Shown piece after piece: positions 10,749-20,573 of a stretch of 64,000 nt of DNA; position 1 is the first letter of the stretch, and the number at the start of each line of letters is the position of its first letter. Source of the DNA: an uncultured Lachnospira sp. (GTDB lineage: Bacteria; Bacillota; Clostridia; Lachnospirales; Lachnospiraceae). The stretch spans positions 76,622 to 140,621 of the forward strand of contig CAJUBU010000002.1 in the NCBI GenBank assembly GCA_910585095.1. Reading direction: 5' to 3'. A model generated the notes under the pieces. That model worked only from the letters and a program-made list of their open reading frames with translations, was not told the DNA's origin and searched no databases. The translations under genes were made by a program, and so were the position numbers.

Positions 10749-11714
10749 TTAACGTGATGAAGCAACCGCCTTTGGAACTTCAACTTTTTTTATAAGTTCA
10801 GAAATAACATCTTCTTCTGAAATTCTGCCCCTTTTAATTGTTTTATTAATCAACAGTCTATGTGCAAATACATCCTTTATGACATATTGTATGTCTGATA
10901 TCAGCACATAATTATTGCCCCTTAAAAAAGCCTCTGCTTTTGCTATTCTTATCAATGCCAAACTCCCTCTCGGACTAATTCCTTGCAGAATATCAGGAGA
11001 ATTGCGTGTTTCGTTTGCAATTTTTGCAACATACTCTAACACTCTGTCATCAACATAGATATCATCAACTAATTGTCTCATAACTTCAAATTCTTTAGCA
11101 GACAATATATTATAAGGTATCTCATTTTCCTTGGATTTATTTTGTTTTATGCGAAGAATGGCTACCTCATCATCAATTGTTGGATAGCCCATATTTAATC
11201 TTACCATAAATCGGTCTAACTGTGATTCAGGTAATTTCTGGGTACCTGTAGAACCATATGGATTTTGCGTTGCTATAACAATAAATGGCTCTGGCAATTT
11301 CATTGTTTTGCCATCTACAGATACCTTTCCTTCCTCCATCACTTGAAGCAGTGCAGACTGTGTTTTAGGGGAGGTTCTATTTATCTCGTCTGCAAGAAAG
11401 ATATTACACTGTGCAGCGCCTTCCTTAAATTCAAATGAATTTGTCACTCTATTATACATATTAAAGCCTATAATATCAGAAGGCATCACATCTGGCGTAA
11501 ACTGCATTCTATTACACTTTAAATCCAACGCTGTAGCAAAAGCTGACGCCATCGTTGTCTTTCCCACTCCAGGTATATCCTCTATCAATATATGTCCTCT
11601 GGCAAGCATTGCCATAAGTGCTTTACATAACACTTCATCTTTTCCAACTACACACTTTCTTACTTCCACAAGAACATTTCTTGCTAAATTGAGATAGTAA
11701 TTTTGTTCTTCCAT
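10749..11714 (-). CDS. MoxR-family AAA+ ATPase
   Basis: Walker A GVGKTT, Walker B FLADEINR, and MoxR-type C-terminal region. A GGTGGA RBS precedes the ATG at 11714. Confidence 0.9.
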   Translation of the reverse strand: MEEQNYYLNLARNVLVEVRKCVVGKDEVLCKALMAMLARGHILIEDIPGVGKTTMASAFATALDLKCNRMQFTPDVMPSDIIGFNMYNRVTNSFEFKEGAAQCNIFLADEINRTSPKTQSALLQVMEEGKVSVDGKTMKLPEPFIVIATQNPYGSTGTQKLPESQLDRFMVRLNMGYPTIDDEVAILRIKQNKSKENEIPYNILSAKEFEVMRQLVDDIYVDDRVLEYVAKIANETRNSPDILQGISPRGSLALIRIAKAEAFLRGNNYVLISDIQYVIKDVFAHRLLINKTIKRGRISEEDVISELIKKVEVPKAVASSR

Positions 11715-11768
11715 TATTCCACCCATCATATAATAAAATTGTGTGCCGCAAAACAGCACACGATTTTA

Positions 11769-12890
11769 TTACTGTGGTAAGTAATTAATATATGTGCTGT
11801 TAAAACTAAATCCCTGATTATAAAAATCTGAATAGTTTATCAGTACACTTCCAGAATCTAAATTTTGCGTTTTTCCTTCGGCACCACTATTATAATACAT
11901 GTTATTTATCAAAAAAACAATCCCCTGTGGCGTAAGATACCAATTTAGTTCTCCTTCTTCATTATATAAATCACCAATTTCGTTTACATCTGTTGCCTCT
12001 TGCCTTGTAGACTCTTTTGTAGACTGTATAGAAGATTTATCATTGTAATAATCTGAAAGACGATTAAAAATATAATCCATACTTTCTGGTTCATTAAATA
12101 ATGCCTCTAACTCTATTGGTTCACCTGTTTCTGCACTAAATGTTCGCGCATATGTATTATTATAAATTCTTAATATATTATTATACTCACTATTGACTTT
12201 CTCATACGCTATAAATGTTATTAATTTTTCATTAATAGACTCTACATTCTGCACATGATACTCAATTGTTGTATAACAGTTTGTTCCTGTCATTATTCCC
12301 TTTAAATATTCTTTTCTTATATTGTCTTCCAACATTTCAATAACACCATTATAGTATTCTTCAATATAGAATTGTTGGGTCTTTTCTTGTGAATTATATT
12401 TTATTGTAGGATAAGTACATTCTAAACGCCCGCAATTACTAGTATCATATTGAGTTGAAAACACCGAATCTATGTAAAATTGATTATTAACTTCAAATTG
12501 TATACGTTTACTATTATCATTTTTATACTCTACATTTTTACTAAATGCTACATATTCAATTTCAATAGAATCATTTATTAAATAAGATTTTGTTGTCGTT
12601 TTCGATTGATTATCTTCAAGAATAGACTCACATTTTTTAAGAGGCTGTACTGTATCTTTAACAGGTTTTCTCATAAAGTCAACCAACACAATCAAAGAAA
12701 CAATTGCAGCTATTGATGAAGCTGTTTTTAACAATCGGATTATTTTATCATTCTTCTTTTGTATTGGTTTTAACTCTGTAAAACCATCATAAGTTAAATC
12801 ATCTTCAAACATACCTGAGTTTTTAATAATAGCTTGTATCTGTCTGTCAATTTGTCTTTGTTTTGGATAATCCACTCTACTCATAATCAC
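11769..12890 (-). CDS. Putative anti-sigma factor / single-pass membrane protein with a large extracytoplasmic domain
   Basis: Overlaps the upstream ECF sigma gene by 14 nt. Has a cytoplasmic region of about 55 aa, one TM helix (IAAIVSLIVLV) and an outside domain of about 300 aa. No zinc-finger anti-sigma motif is visible, so the call rests on position and topology. Confidence 0.4.
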   Translation of the reverse strand: MIMSRVDYPKQRQIDRQIQAIIKNSGMFEDDLTYDGFTELKPIQKKNDKIIRLLKTASSIAAIVSLIVLVDFMRKPVKDTVQPLKKCESILEDNQSKTTTKSYLINDSIEIEYVAFSKNVEYKNDNSKRIQFEVNNQFYIDSVFSTQYDTSNCGRLECTYPTIKYNSQEKTQQFYIEEYYNGVIEMLEDNIRKEYLKGIMTGTNCYTTIEYHVQNVESINEKLITFIAYEKVNSEYNNILRIYNNTYARTFSAETGEPIELEALFNEPESMDYIFNRLSDYYNDKSSIQSTKESTRQEATDVNEIGDLYNEEGELNWYLTPQGIVFLINNMYYNSGAEGKTQNLDSGSVLINYSDFYNQGFSFNSTYINYLPQ

Positions 12891-13458
12891 TCAACCCCTT
12901 TCTTAATTTTTTTATTACAGTATAATATTTATTCTTTGTTGTCGAAGGATTCATATCCATTTCTTGCGCAATATCGTTGAACGAATATCCTTTTTCTGCC
13001 CTCATTACAAATATTTGTCTTGTATTTTCATCCTCATCGTTCAATTTTTTCATAATTTCTTCTTTTGCAGCTTTGTTAATCACATTATTCTCAATATCTT
13101 CTTCGCCAGGTTTATCATAATTTTTTAAAACTTCTGTTAAAAGCGACTCATGATTTTGACGACTTCTTCTGTAATCAATCACTTTATTTCCTGCTATTCG
13201 TGTAAGCCATGTCTTAAAAGAAGCCTTTTTTATATCAAAACTTTTCAATCCTTTAAGCATAGCAATAAATGTTTCTTGTGTTAAATCCATCGCTAACTCT
13301 CTATCAGAAGTCTTTATGTATATTTCTTTATAAACGTATTTATAATACCTGTTAATCAATAATTCAGCGGCATTTTTATCATTGTTATCTACTATCAACT
13401 CTATTAAATATTGGTCCGTTTCAAGCCATTTTGAAATGATACGCTTTTTTTCACCCAT
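12877..13458 (-). CDS. ECF-type RNA polymerase sigma-70 family factor
   Basis: Region 2 (DLTQETFIAMLKGLKSFD ... FKTWLTRIAGNKVIDYRR) and region 4 HTH (SFNDIAQEMDMNPSTTKNKYYTVIKKL). A GGAGG RBS is present. Confidence 0.8.
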   Translation of the reverse strand: MGEKKRIISKWLETDQYLIELIVDNNDKNAAELLINRYYKYVYKEIYIKTSDRELAMDLTQETFIAMLKGLKSFDIKKASFKTWLTRIAGNKVIDYRRSRQNHESLLTEVLKNYDKPGEEDIENNVINKAAKEEIMKKLNDEDENTRQIFVMRAEKGYSFNDIAQEMDMNPSTTKNKYYTVIKKLRKGLSDYE

Positions 13459-13897
13459 ATGGACCTCCTTATTAATGAAAATTTATCCAACTTTTTGTAA
13501 CTATTTAAAGTCATCATTTGTAGATTGGTATAATCCAATCTTTTCTTACACCTCCTATTAAATAGTCATTTGCTAGTTATATACGAAGCATTTTATCATT
13601 TAGTTTAATATTTTTCAAAATCTTTTTTTACATTTTATTTAAGAGCTGTAATTTTTAACCTTTCCTATAAAATAAAAAAGAGGCGCTGCCTTCTTATCCA
13701 TATCATCTTAAATAAGATAATACTGTGTCTAAAGCACGCCTCATTGTTATATTAATTATTTATTTACAAAACTAAAATTTATAATTCTTCTTCACCTTTA
13801 TGTAACTACTTCTTTTATAAACCACTCTATCCATCATTTATCTTCACTTTGAAGTATAAATATAGACTTCTTACTGAAAAATTCTTACTGTACAAAT

Positions 13898-15109
13898 TTA
13901 AAAATCAACTTCTGTGTCATAATAACAGCATTTAAGGAGTTTTTCCATCTCTTCCTGACTTGGCTGTCTTGGATTTGAACCTGTACAAGCATCAAGCAGT
14001 GCATTTGCTGCAATATCTGGAAGCTTCTTAAGGAACTCTTCCTCTGAGACAAAGCCCGTTTCTGCTGGAAGTCCGCCCTCACCATAGTTTTTAATACAAT
14101 GTGGAATATTCAAATCATCATTCATCTTACGAAGCATTGCAACAAGCTTATCAATCTTTTCTTCAACTGTTGTTCCTCCAAGATGGATAAAATCGGCAAT
14201 CTCTGCATAACGCTTTGCTGCTGTCTCATCCTTTGCATTGAATTTGATAACTTTTGGAAGATACATTGCATTTGCTGCGCCATGAATAATATGTCCACCC
14301 TCAAATGCGGCACCTGTCTTATGTGCCATTGAATGTACGATACCAAGCAGTGCATTAGAAAATGCCATACCAGCTAAACACTGTGCATTGTGCATTGCAT
14401 CTCTTGCATCCATATCACCATTATATGATTTAACAAGGTCTTTATCAATCATCTTAATTGCATGAAGCGCAAGAGGGTCTGTATAATCGCTGTTTGCCGT
14501 TGAAACATACGCCTCAACTGCATGTGTAATTGCATCCATTCCCGTATGTGCAACAAGCTTTACTGGCATTGTATGTGCAAGCTCTGGGTCTACAATAGCA
14601 ACGTCTGGTGTAATTTCAAAATCAGCAATTGGATATTTGATACCTTTTTGATAATCTGTAATAATTGAAAATGCTGTCACCTCTGTTGCTGTGCCAGATG
14701 TTGATGAAATTGCACAGAATTTTGCCTTTGTTCTAAGCTTTGGCAATCCAAATACTTTACACATATCCTCAAAGGTAGTCTCTGGATACTCATATTTAAT
14801 CCACATTGCTTTAGCTGCATCGATTGGAGAACCGCCACCCATTGCAATAATCCAATCTGGCTGAAATTCCTGCATCTTTGCTGCACCCTTCATAACCGTC
14901 TCAACAGAAGGGTCTGGCTCAATTCCCTCAATCAGGTCTACTTCCATTCCAGCCTCTTTTAAATAATCCTCTGCTTTTTGTAAAAAGCCATTGCTCTTCA
15001 TAGAACCCCCACCTATGCAGATAATAGCTTTCTTGCCTTGCAGTGTCTTTAATGCCTCTAATGCTCCTTTTCCATGATATAAATCTCTTGGTAAAGTAAA
15101 ACGTGTCAT
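13898..15109 (-). CDS. Iron-containing (group III) alcohol dehydrogenase
   Basis: GGGSPIDAAKA motif and metal-binding His-rich blocks (HTGMDAITHAVE, HSMAHKTG). The ATG at 15109 follows an AGGAGG RBS. The longer ORF start is unlikely. Confidence 0.85.
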   Translation of the reverse strand: MTRFTLPRDLYHGKGALEALKTLQGKKAIICIGGGSMKSNGFLQKAEDYLKEAGMEVDLIEGIEPDPSVETVMKGAAKMQEFQPDWIIAMGGGSPIDAAKAMWIKYEYPETTFEDMCKVFGLPKLRTKAKFCAISSTSGTATEVTAFSIITDYQKGIKYPIADFEITPDVAIVDPELAHTMPVKLVAHTGMDAITHAVEAYVSTANSDYTDPLALHAIKMIDKDLVKSYNGDMDARDAMHNAQCLAGMAFSNALLGIVHSMAHKTGAAFEGGHIIHGAANAMYLPKVIKFNAKDETAAKRYAEIADFIHLGGTTVEEKIDKLVAMLRKMNDDLNIPHCIKNYGEGGLPAETGFVSEEEFLKKLPDIAANALLDACTGSNPRQPSQEEMEKLLKCCYYDTEVDF

Positions 15110-15217
15110 AATTAAAATATACCTCCTATACATTATTTTATAGATTGTTAAAATTCCAACAATCTTACATAAATTATAACAAGAATTTTGAAGCATGACA
15201 ACACATAATTTAATTTT

Positions 15218-16594
15218 CTAATCATAATTATTAGCGTCCAATTTATCCTCTGGCAATTTCTTTAAAAAGTGAATAATAACAGGCGCTGCCACAAAAAAGG
15301 ATAAGATATCCGATATTGGCTGTGAAAGCTGAATACCCAATGCGCCTAAAGTAGCACTCAGTATATATATCAAAGGAATGAAAAATATTCCACTTCTAAG
15401 CATAGAAAGAATCGTAGCCATTCCCTTTTTTCCTGTACTTTGCAATGTCATATTGGACAACACAATCAACGGCTGCAAAAATAAAGCATAACATTGATAC
15501 TGTAATGCTGGTGTTCCAAATGCAATAACATCAACATCATCACGAAATACAGATATGGCTTGAGGCGAACATATCAACCCAATAACTGCAAATGCACCTA
15601 ACATAACCTCGCTGACAATCAGTGTAAATCGAAATGCCTTTTTTACTCTGGAATATTTCCCCGCACCATAATTAAAGCCGCACACTGGCTGAAAACCTTG
15701 ACCGATTCCCAAACCAACCGCAAAGATAAACATACTGATTCTTGATACAATACTCATTGCTGAAACAGCGGCATCGCCGTATATTTTTGCCTGCCTGTTT
15801 AACGCCATTGTAGCAATACTTTGAAGTCCCTGCCTTACAAGACTTGGAAATCCTGTTGCTATAATCTCTGCCACATCGCCAAATTTTCTTGTTATTTTAA
15901 AGATAGATAATTTACTCTGGGACCTTCCTGACAAAAACATAAACAATAAAATACTAAAGCTGACAAGCTGTGATAATGCCGTAGACAATCCTGCTCCTGC
16001 AATCCCCATATCAAACACAAACATAAACAATGGGTCACCTGCTATATTAAGAAGCGCTCCAGCCATCAAACCAATCATTGCAAGGGAAGCTTTTCCCTCA
16101 AATCTTAATATATTATTCATAACAAACGTACTTGTCATAAACGGAGCGGCAAGCAAAATATATCTTATGTACTGCTTTGCATACGGCAAAATAGTATCTG
16201 TACTGCCCATTAAATAGATTAACCTATCATTAAAAATAAAACCCAATATACAAATAATAATACCTGTGACAATTGCCATAAAAAAACTAGTGGAAGCTAT
16301 CCTTGTCGATGTCTCATTATCTTTTTGTCCAAGTCGTCTTGAAATAATACTGCCCGCTCCCTGTCCATACATAAAGCCAAAAGCCTGCAATATCGCCATA
16401 AAACCAAAAACAATGCCAACTGCTCCGCTAGCGCTTGTTCCTAATTTTCCCACAAACATTGTATCAACCATGTTGTAAATATTGGTTACTAACATGCTGA
16501 TTGTCGTTGGTACTCCTAATTTCACGACTAATGGAGCCACCGGAGATTTTGTCATCTTATCATATTGATTTTCATATTTTACAGCTTTTTTCAT
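15218..16594 (-). CDS. MATE-family efflux transporter
   Basis: 12-TM profile, 458 aa, with conserved MATE N-terminal pattern (PVAPLVVKLGVPTTISMLVTNIYNMVDTMFVG). Confidence 0.85.
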   Translation of the reverse strand: MKKAVKYENQYDKMTKSPVAPLVVKLGVPTTISMLVTNIYNMVDTMFVGKLGTSASGAVGIVFGFMAILQAFGFMYGQGAGSIISRRLGQKDNETSTRIASTSFFMAIVTGIIICILGFIFNDRLIYLMGSTDTILPYAKQYIRYILLAAPFMTSTFVMNNILRFEGKASLAMIGLMAGALLNIAGDPLFMFVFDMGIAGAGLSTALSQLVSFSILLFMFLSGRSQSKLSIFKITRKFGDVAEIIATGFPSLVRQGLQSIATMALNRQAKIYGDAAVSAMSIVSRISMFIFAVGLGIGQGFQPVCGFNYGAGKYSRVKKAFRFTLIVSEVMLGAFAVIGLICSPQAISVFRDDVDVIAFGTPALQYQCYALFLQPLIVLSNMTLQSTGKKGMATILSMLRSGIFFIPLIYILSATLGALGIQLSQPISDILSFFVAAPVIIHFLKKLPEDKLDANNYD

Positions 16595-16771
16595 TTTTTT
16601 CTCCTATTCTGTTATTATTTAATACTGCAAAATAACTCTATTCATCTATTCCACATATAATCTTTGCTATTTCCAAATCACCTCTATCTTGCTATATCTC
16701 AATTATATAAGAATTTTCCTTTGTTTACAATAAAATTCAGATAAGATTTTTATATTGAAAATTTACTAGCC

Positions 16772-16819
16772 AAGCCAATATTCGCAATTCATTTGGCTGC
16801 TCGCCTAGAACTTCATTGC
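16772..16819. repeat. Dispersed intergenic repeat, copy 2
   Basis: AAGCCAATATTCGCAATTCATTTGGCTGCTCGCCTAGAACTTCATTGC aligns without gaps to copy 1. Confidence 0.6.
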
Positions 16820-17017
16820 TATTTTCTTGATAAAATCAAATTTTATCTTAATTCAACAAAAAATTGTAAATAGTTACCATAAAATATGGTTAAATTTTAT
16901 TAAAAAAGCTGAACTTAACAAATATTGTATGTAATATATTGACAAATAATTTTGCATATATTAAATTAATTACAACAAATTGATATACTTAATGTATTTT
17001 ATATGACATGTGATATT

Positions 17018-17110
17018 GGAGTGTTACCTTTCCTTGTTGACTTGGGCATGACCAACTTTTGTACGAATGTTTTTTGCAATTGTATTAAAGTTGGTTTTTT
17101 TATTTTTATT
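17018..17110 (+). promoter_or_regulatory. RAT-like element overlapping an intrinsic terminator in the leader of the antiterminator/PTS operon
   Basis: GGAGTGTTAC...GGCATGACC resembles the ptsG-type RAT halves (GTGTTAC / GGCATGA). Its 3' half overlaps the 5' arm of the hairpin ACCAACTTT(17051-17059)/AAAGTTGGT(17088-17096), which is followed by a T-run (17097-17110). A possible sigma-A promoter is TTGACA at 16939 with TAAATT at 16962. Confidence 0.4.
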
Positions 17111-17132
17111 GGCAAAAAAGGCGGACGAAATT

Positions 17133-17969
17133 ATGAAAATCATTAAAGTGATAAATAACAATACCGTATGTGTTCTGGATGAAAAAGGCAAAGAACAAAT
17201 TATGTCTGGCAAAGGCATTGGCTTTGGCAAAAAATATGGTGATGAAGTCGATTCAAAACACATTGAAAAAATTTACATGGTTACGGATTCAACACTCCGA
17301 AAAAAATTAATTGAATGTTTATCTGAGATTCCTTATGAATATATAAAACTTACAGATGACTTAGTACGATATATTTCTTCTCAAATACAGGGTTCATTAA
17401 ACAACTCGCTTATTGTAACATTATCAGATCATATTGCATTTGCAATTGAACGAAAAAAACAGGGAATGGAATTTTCAAATCCTTTGATGGATTCCATACA
17501 TGATTGTTTTCCTGATGAACTTGCACTTGGAAAGTATTGCCTTAATGAAATCAAAGAAAAACTTGGTATTGAACTTCATGCAGATGAGGCTGGTTTTATA
17601 GCAATGCACATTATCAATGCCCGTATGGGAACAACTATGGGGCAGGTTCCTGATATAACAAAAATGATAAATGGGTGTGCTGAAATTGCAGACCGATTTT
17701 ACTCTGGTAAAATTGACAAGACAAAAGTGGCATATGACCGATTTCTTGTCCATTTAAAATTTCTTGCCAAACGGCTTTTTAGCTCGCAGGAACTTCCAAA
17801 CGTTTTAAGTAAAGATGAAGAGATATTATCCCTTATAAAACTAAAATTTAAAAAGCATTACAAATGTGCAAAATGTATACAAGACTATATTTTGAAAAAT
17901 TATGCAAAAACTATATGCGAAGATGAAATGCTCACTCTTGCTATTCATCTAAAAAAAATTAGTGAATAA
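17133..17969 (+). CDS. glcT: BglG/LicT/GlcT-family PRD transcription antiterminator
   Basis: CAT RNA-binding domain (MKIIKVINNNTVCVLDEKGKEQIMSGKGIGFGKK) followed by two PRDs. Synteny is antiterminator-ptsG-ptsH-ptsI, as in B. subtilis. The ATG is at 17133. Confidence 0.8.
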   Translation: MKIIKVINNNTVCVLDEKGKEQIMSGKGIGFGKKYGDEVDSKHIEKIYMVTDSTLRKKLIECLSEIPYEYIKLTDDLVRYISSQIQGSLNNSLIVTLSDHIAFAIERKKQGMEFSNPLMDSIHDCFPDELALGKYCLNEIKEKLGIELHADEAGFIAMHIINARMGTTMGQVPDITKMINGCAEIADRFYSGKIDKTKVAYDRFLVHLKFLAKRLFSSQELPNVLSKDEEILSLIKLKFKKHYKCAKCIQDYILKNYAKTICEDEMLTLAIHLKKISE

Positions 17970-18124
17970 GTTTCTTATAAGTTTATCCATCATTGCAAGT
18001 GGCGCCTATGCAATGATAATTTGCGGTATTTGCCAATATGCTTAAATGAAAACCATTTATTTTAAACAAAACATTTGGCTTATTGCCTGCAACAATAAAT
18101 TAATATGAATAAGGAGGACTACTT

Positions 18125-20281
18125 ATGAAAGATAAGATTTTTGGTGTATTGCAGCGTGTTGGTCGTTCTTTTATGCTTCCTATTGCGTTGCTGCCTGTGG
18201 CAGGACTTCTTCTTGGTATAGGCAGCTCATTCACCAATCCAACGACAATTGAGACCTATAATCTCAGCGGCATTATTTATGAAGGTGGTATTCTCTACAC
18301 CATTTTGGATATTATGAGCAAAACGGGAAGCGCTGTTTTCGACAATCTCGCCCTGCTCTTTGCTATGGGTGTTGCCATTGGAATGGCAAAAAAGGAAAAA
18401 GAAGTTGCTGCACTTTCAGGTGCAATCGCATTTTTAGTTATGAATACAGCTATCAGCGTTTTAATTTCCGCCAAAGGCGGCGTAGAGGCGATGGCAGAAA
18501 ACTCAACCACTTCTGTATTAGGTATCACAACCCTGCAAATGGGTGTATTTGGAGGTATTATTGTCGGTCTAGGCGTTGCCGCCCTACATAATAAATTCTA
18601 TAAAATTGAACTGCCTCAGGTACTCTCCTTTTTTGGCGGAACAAGATTTGTGCCAATTGTAGCAACAGTTGTCTATCTTATTGTCGGCATTATCATGTTT
18701 TACTTGTGGCCAGTTGTACAGTATGGAATTTCTCAACTTGGCGTACTTGTATTAAATTCTGGTTATGCAGGAACATGGGTTTATGGAATATTGGAACGCG
18801 CTCTTATTCCTTTTGGACTTCACCATGTTTTCTATATGCCATTCTGGCAGACCGAACTTGGTGGTTCTATGATAATTGACGGAAGTGTTGTAACAGGCGC
18901 ACAAAATATTTTCTTTGCAGAACTTGCTTCAAAATCAACAGAGGTCTTCTCTGTATCTGCAACAAGATTTATGTCTGGCAAATTCCCATTTATGATTTTT
19001 GGTTTGCCTGCTGCTGCTTTTGCCATGTATAGAACATCTCGTCCTGAAAAGAAAAAAGTGGTTGGCGGTCTGTTGCTTTCAGCAGCGCTGACTTCAATGC
19101 TTACAGGAATTACAGAACCGCTTGAATTTACATTTATCTTTGTTGCACCTCTTATGTATGGTGTACACTGTGTACTTGCAGGACTTTCTTATATGCTTAT
19201 GCACATTTTAAATGTAGGCGTCGGTATGACGTTCTCTGGCGGCGCTATTGACCTTACGCTGTTTGGTATTCTTCAGGGCAATGAAAAAACACATTGGATT
19301 TGGATTATTGTTGTAGGCTTAATTTACGCTGTTGTATATTATTTTGTTTTCTACTTTATGATTACAAAATTAAATTTAAAAACACCAGGTCGTGAACCAG
19401 ATGACGTTGAACCAAAACTTTACAGACGAAGTGATGTAAATGAAGCAAAAGCAGCAAAAGCTTCTGGCACAAACACAGATACCATCAGCGCACTTATCTT
19501 AAAAGGTCTTGGCGGAAAAGATAATCTTTCCGATGTTGACTGTTGTGCGACACGTCTTAGAATAACCGTTATTGACGTTTCAAAAGTAAGCGATAGCCTG
19601 CTTAAACAAAGCGGCGCTTCAGGCGTTATACACAAAGGAAATGGCGTGCAGGTAATATATGGACCAAGAGTTTCTGTTGTCAAGTCAAATCTTGAGGTCT
19701 TTATGGATTCTCCTTTGTCCGACAATCTTGACAGCATTTTAGATATTCCATCCGAAGAACCGGCTAACCAAAAAGCGGAAGCAAAGGATAGTTCAAATAA
19801 TCAACCTGAACCATCATCTTCTGGAAACGATACCATTACACTGTTTGCTCATATGAACGGAACAGTTGTTCCTCTTGAAAACGTAGAAGATGATGTCTTT
19901 TCACAAAAAATACTTGGCGATGGAATCGCTGTCGAACCTCAGGAAGGAAAACTGTTTGCTCCATGTGACGGCAAAATTGATTCTGTATTTGACACAAAAC
20001 ATGCAATTAATATTGTTTCTAGCAATAACACTGAAATATTGCTTCACATAGGAATTGATACTGTTAAATTAGAAGGCAAACATTTTGAGACGCATGTTTC
20101 TGACGGTCAAGATATTAAAAAAGGTGATTTGCTTATATCTTTTGATATGGAAGCCATCAAAGCAGAAGGCTTTAAACTGACAACACCATTAATTATATGC
20201 AACACAGACGATTATTCAAATATCACTCCTGCTGCACAAGGTGCTATTTTGGCAGGCGATGAAATAATAAAAATAAATTGA
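18125..20281 (+). CDS. ptsG: PTS glucose-family transporter, fused EIIC-EIIB-EIIA
   Basis: EIIC membrane domain, EIIB active-site CATRLR, and EIIA-Glc domain with HIGIDTVKLEGKHF. An AGGAGG RBS is present. Confidence 0.9.
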   Translation: MKDKIFGVLQRVGRSFMLPIALLPVAGLLLGIGSSFTNPTTIETYNLSGIIYEGGILYTILDIMSKTGSAVFDNLALLFAMGVAIGMAKKEKEVAALSGAIAFLVMNTAISVLISAKGGVEAMAENSTTSVLGITTLQMGVFGGIIVGLGVAALHNKFYKIELPQVLSFFGGTRFVPIVATVVYLIVGIIMFYLWPVVQYGISQLGVLVLNSGYAGTWVYGILERALIPFGLHHVFYMPFWQTELGGSMIIDGSVVTGAQNIFFAELASKSTEVFSVSATRFMSGKFPFMIFGLPAAAFAMYRTSRPEKKKVVGGLLLSAALTSMLTGITEPLEFTFIFVAPLMYGVHCVLAGLSYMLMHILNVGVGMTFSGGAIDLTLFGILQGNEKTHWIWIIVVGLIYAVVYYFVFYFMITKLNLKTPGREPDDVEPKLYRRSDVNEAKAAKASGTNTDTISALILKGLGGKDNLSDVDCCATRLRITVIDVSKVSDSLLKQSGASGVIHKGNGVQVIYGPRVSVVKSNLEVFMDSPLSDNLDSILDIPSEEPANQKAEAKDSSNNQPEPSSSGNDTITLFAHMNGTVVPLENVEDDVFSQKILGDGIAVEPQEGKLFAPCDGKIDSVFDTKHAINIVSSNNTEILLHIGIDTVKLEGKHFETHVSDGQDIKKGDLLISFDMEAIKAEGFKLTTPLIICNTDDYSNITPAAQGAILAGDEIIKIN

Positions 20282-20300
20282 GAAGAATAGGAGGATTCAT

Positions 20301-20558
20301 ATGAAAACATTTAATTACACTATCAAGGACGAAGTAGGTATTCATGCAAGACCAGCAGGCTTGCTTGCAAAAAAAGCAAAGGAATTTGAAAGTACCATTA
20401 CCATTCAAAAGGGCGAAAAATCGGTTAATGCCACCAAATTGATGATGCTTATGGGACTTGGTGTAAAATGCGGTGAAACTGTAACTATTACTGTTGAAGG
20501 TGCTGATGAAGAAAAAGCCGCTGTTGAAATGGAAGCATTTTTTAACGAAAATCTCTAA
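20301..20558 (+). CDS. ptsH: Phosphocarrier protein HPr (His15 present; canonical Ser46 not present)
   Basis: 85 aa with the GIHARPA active-site block and a GGAGGA RBS. The alignment position of Ser46 reads NATKLMML. Confidence 0.9.
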   Translation: MKTFNYTIKDEVGIHARPAGLLAKKAKEFESTITIQKGEKSVNATKLMMLMGLGVKCGETVTITVEGADEEKAAVEMEAFFNENL

Positions 20559-20573
20559 TAGGAGGTGTATGCT

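Noticed and set aside
18077-18096. RAT-like sequence GGCTTATTGCCTGCAACAAT in the glcT-ptsG spacer
   Set aside because: It resembles the reverse complement of the RAT consensus, so in the sense transcript it would not form a RAT. It also lacks the second half of the apical stem.
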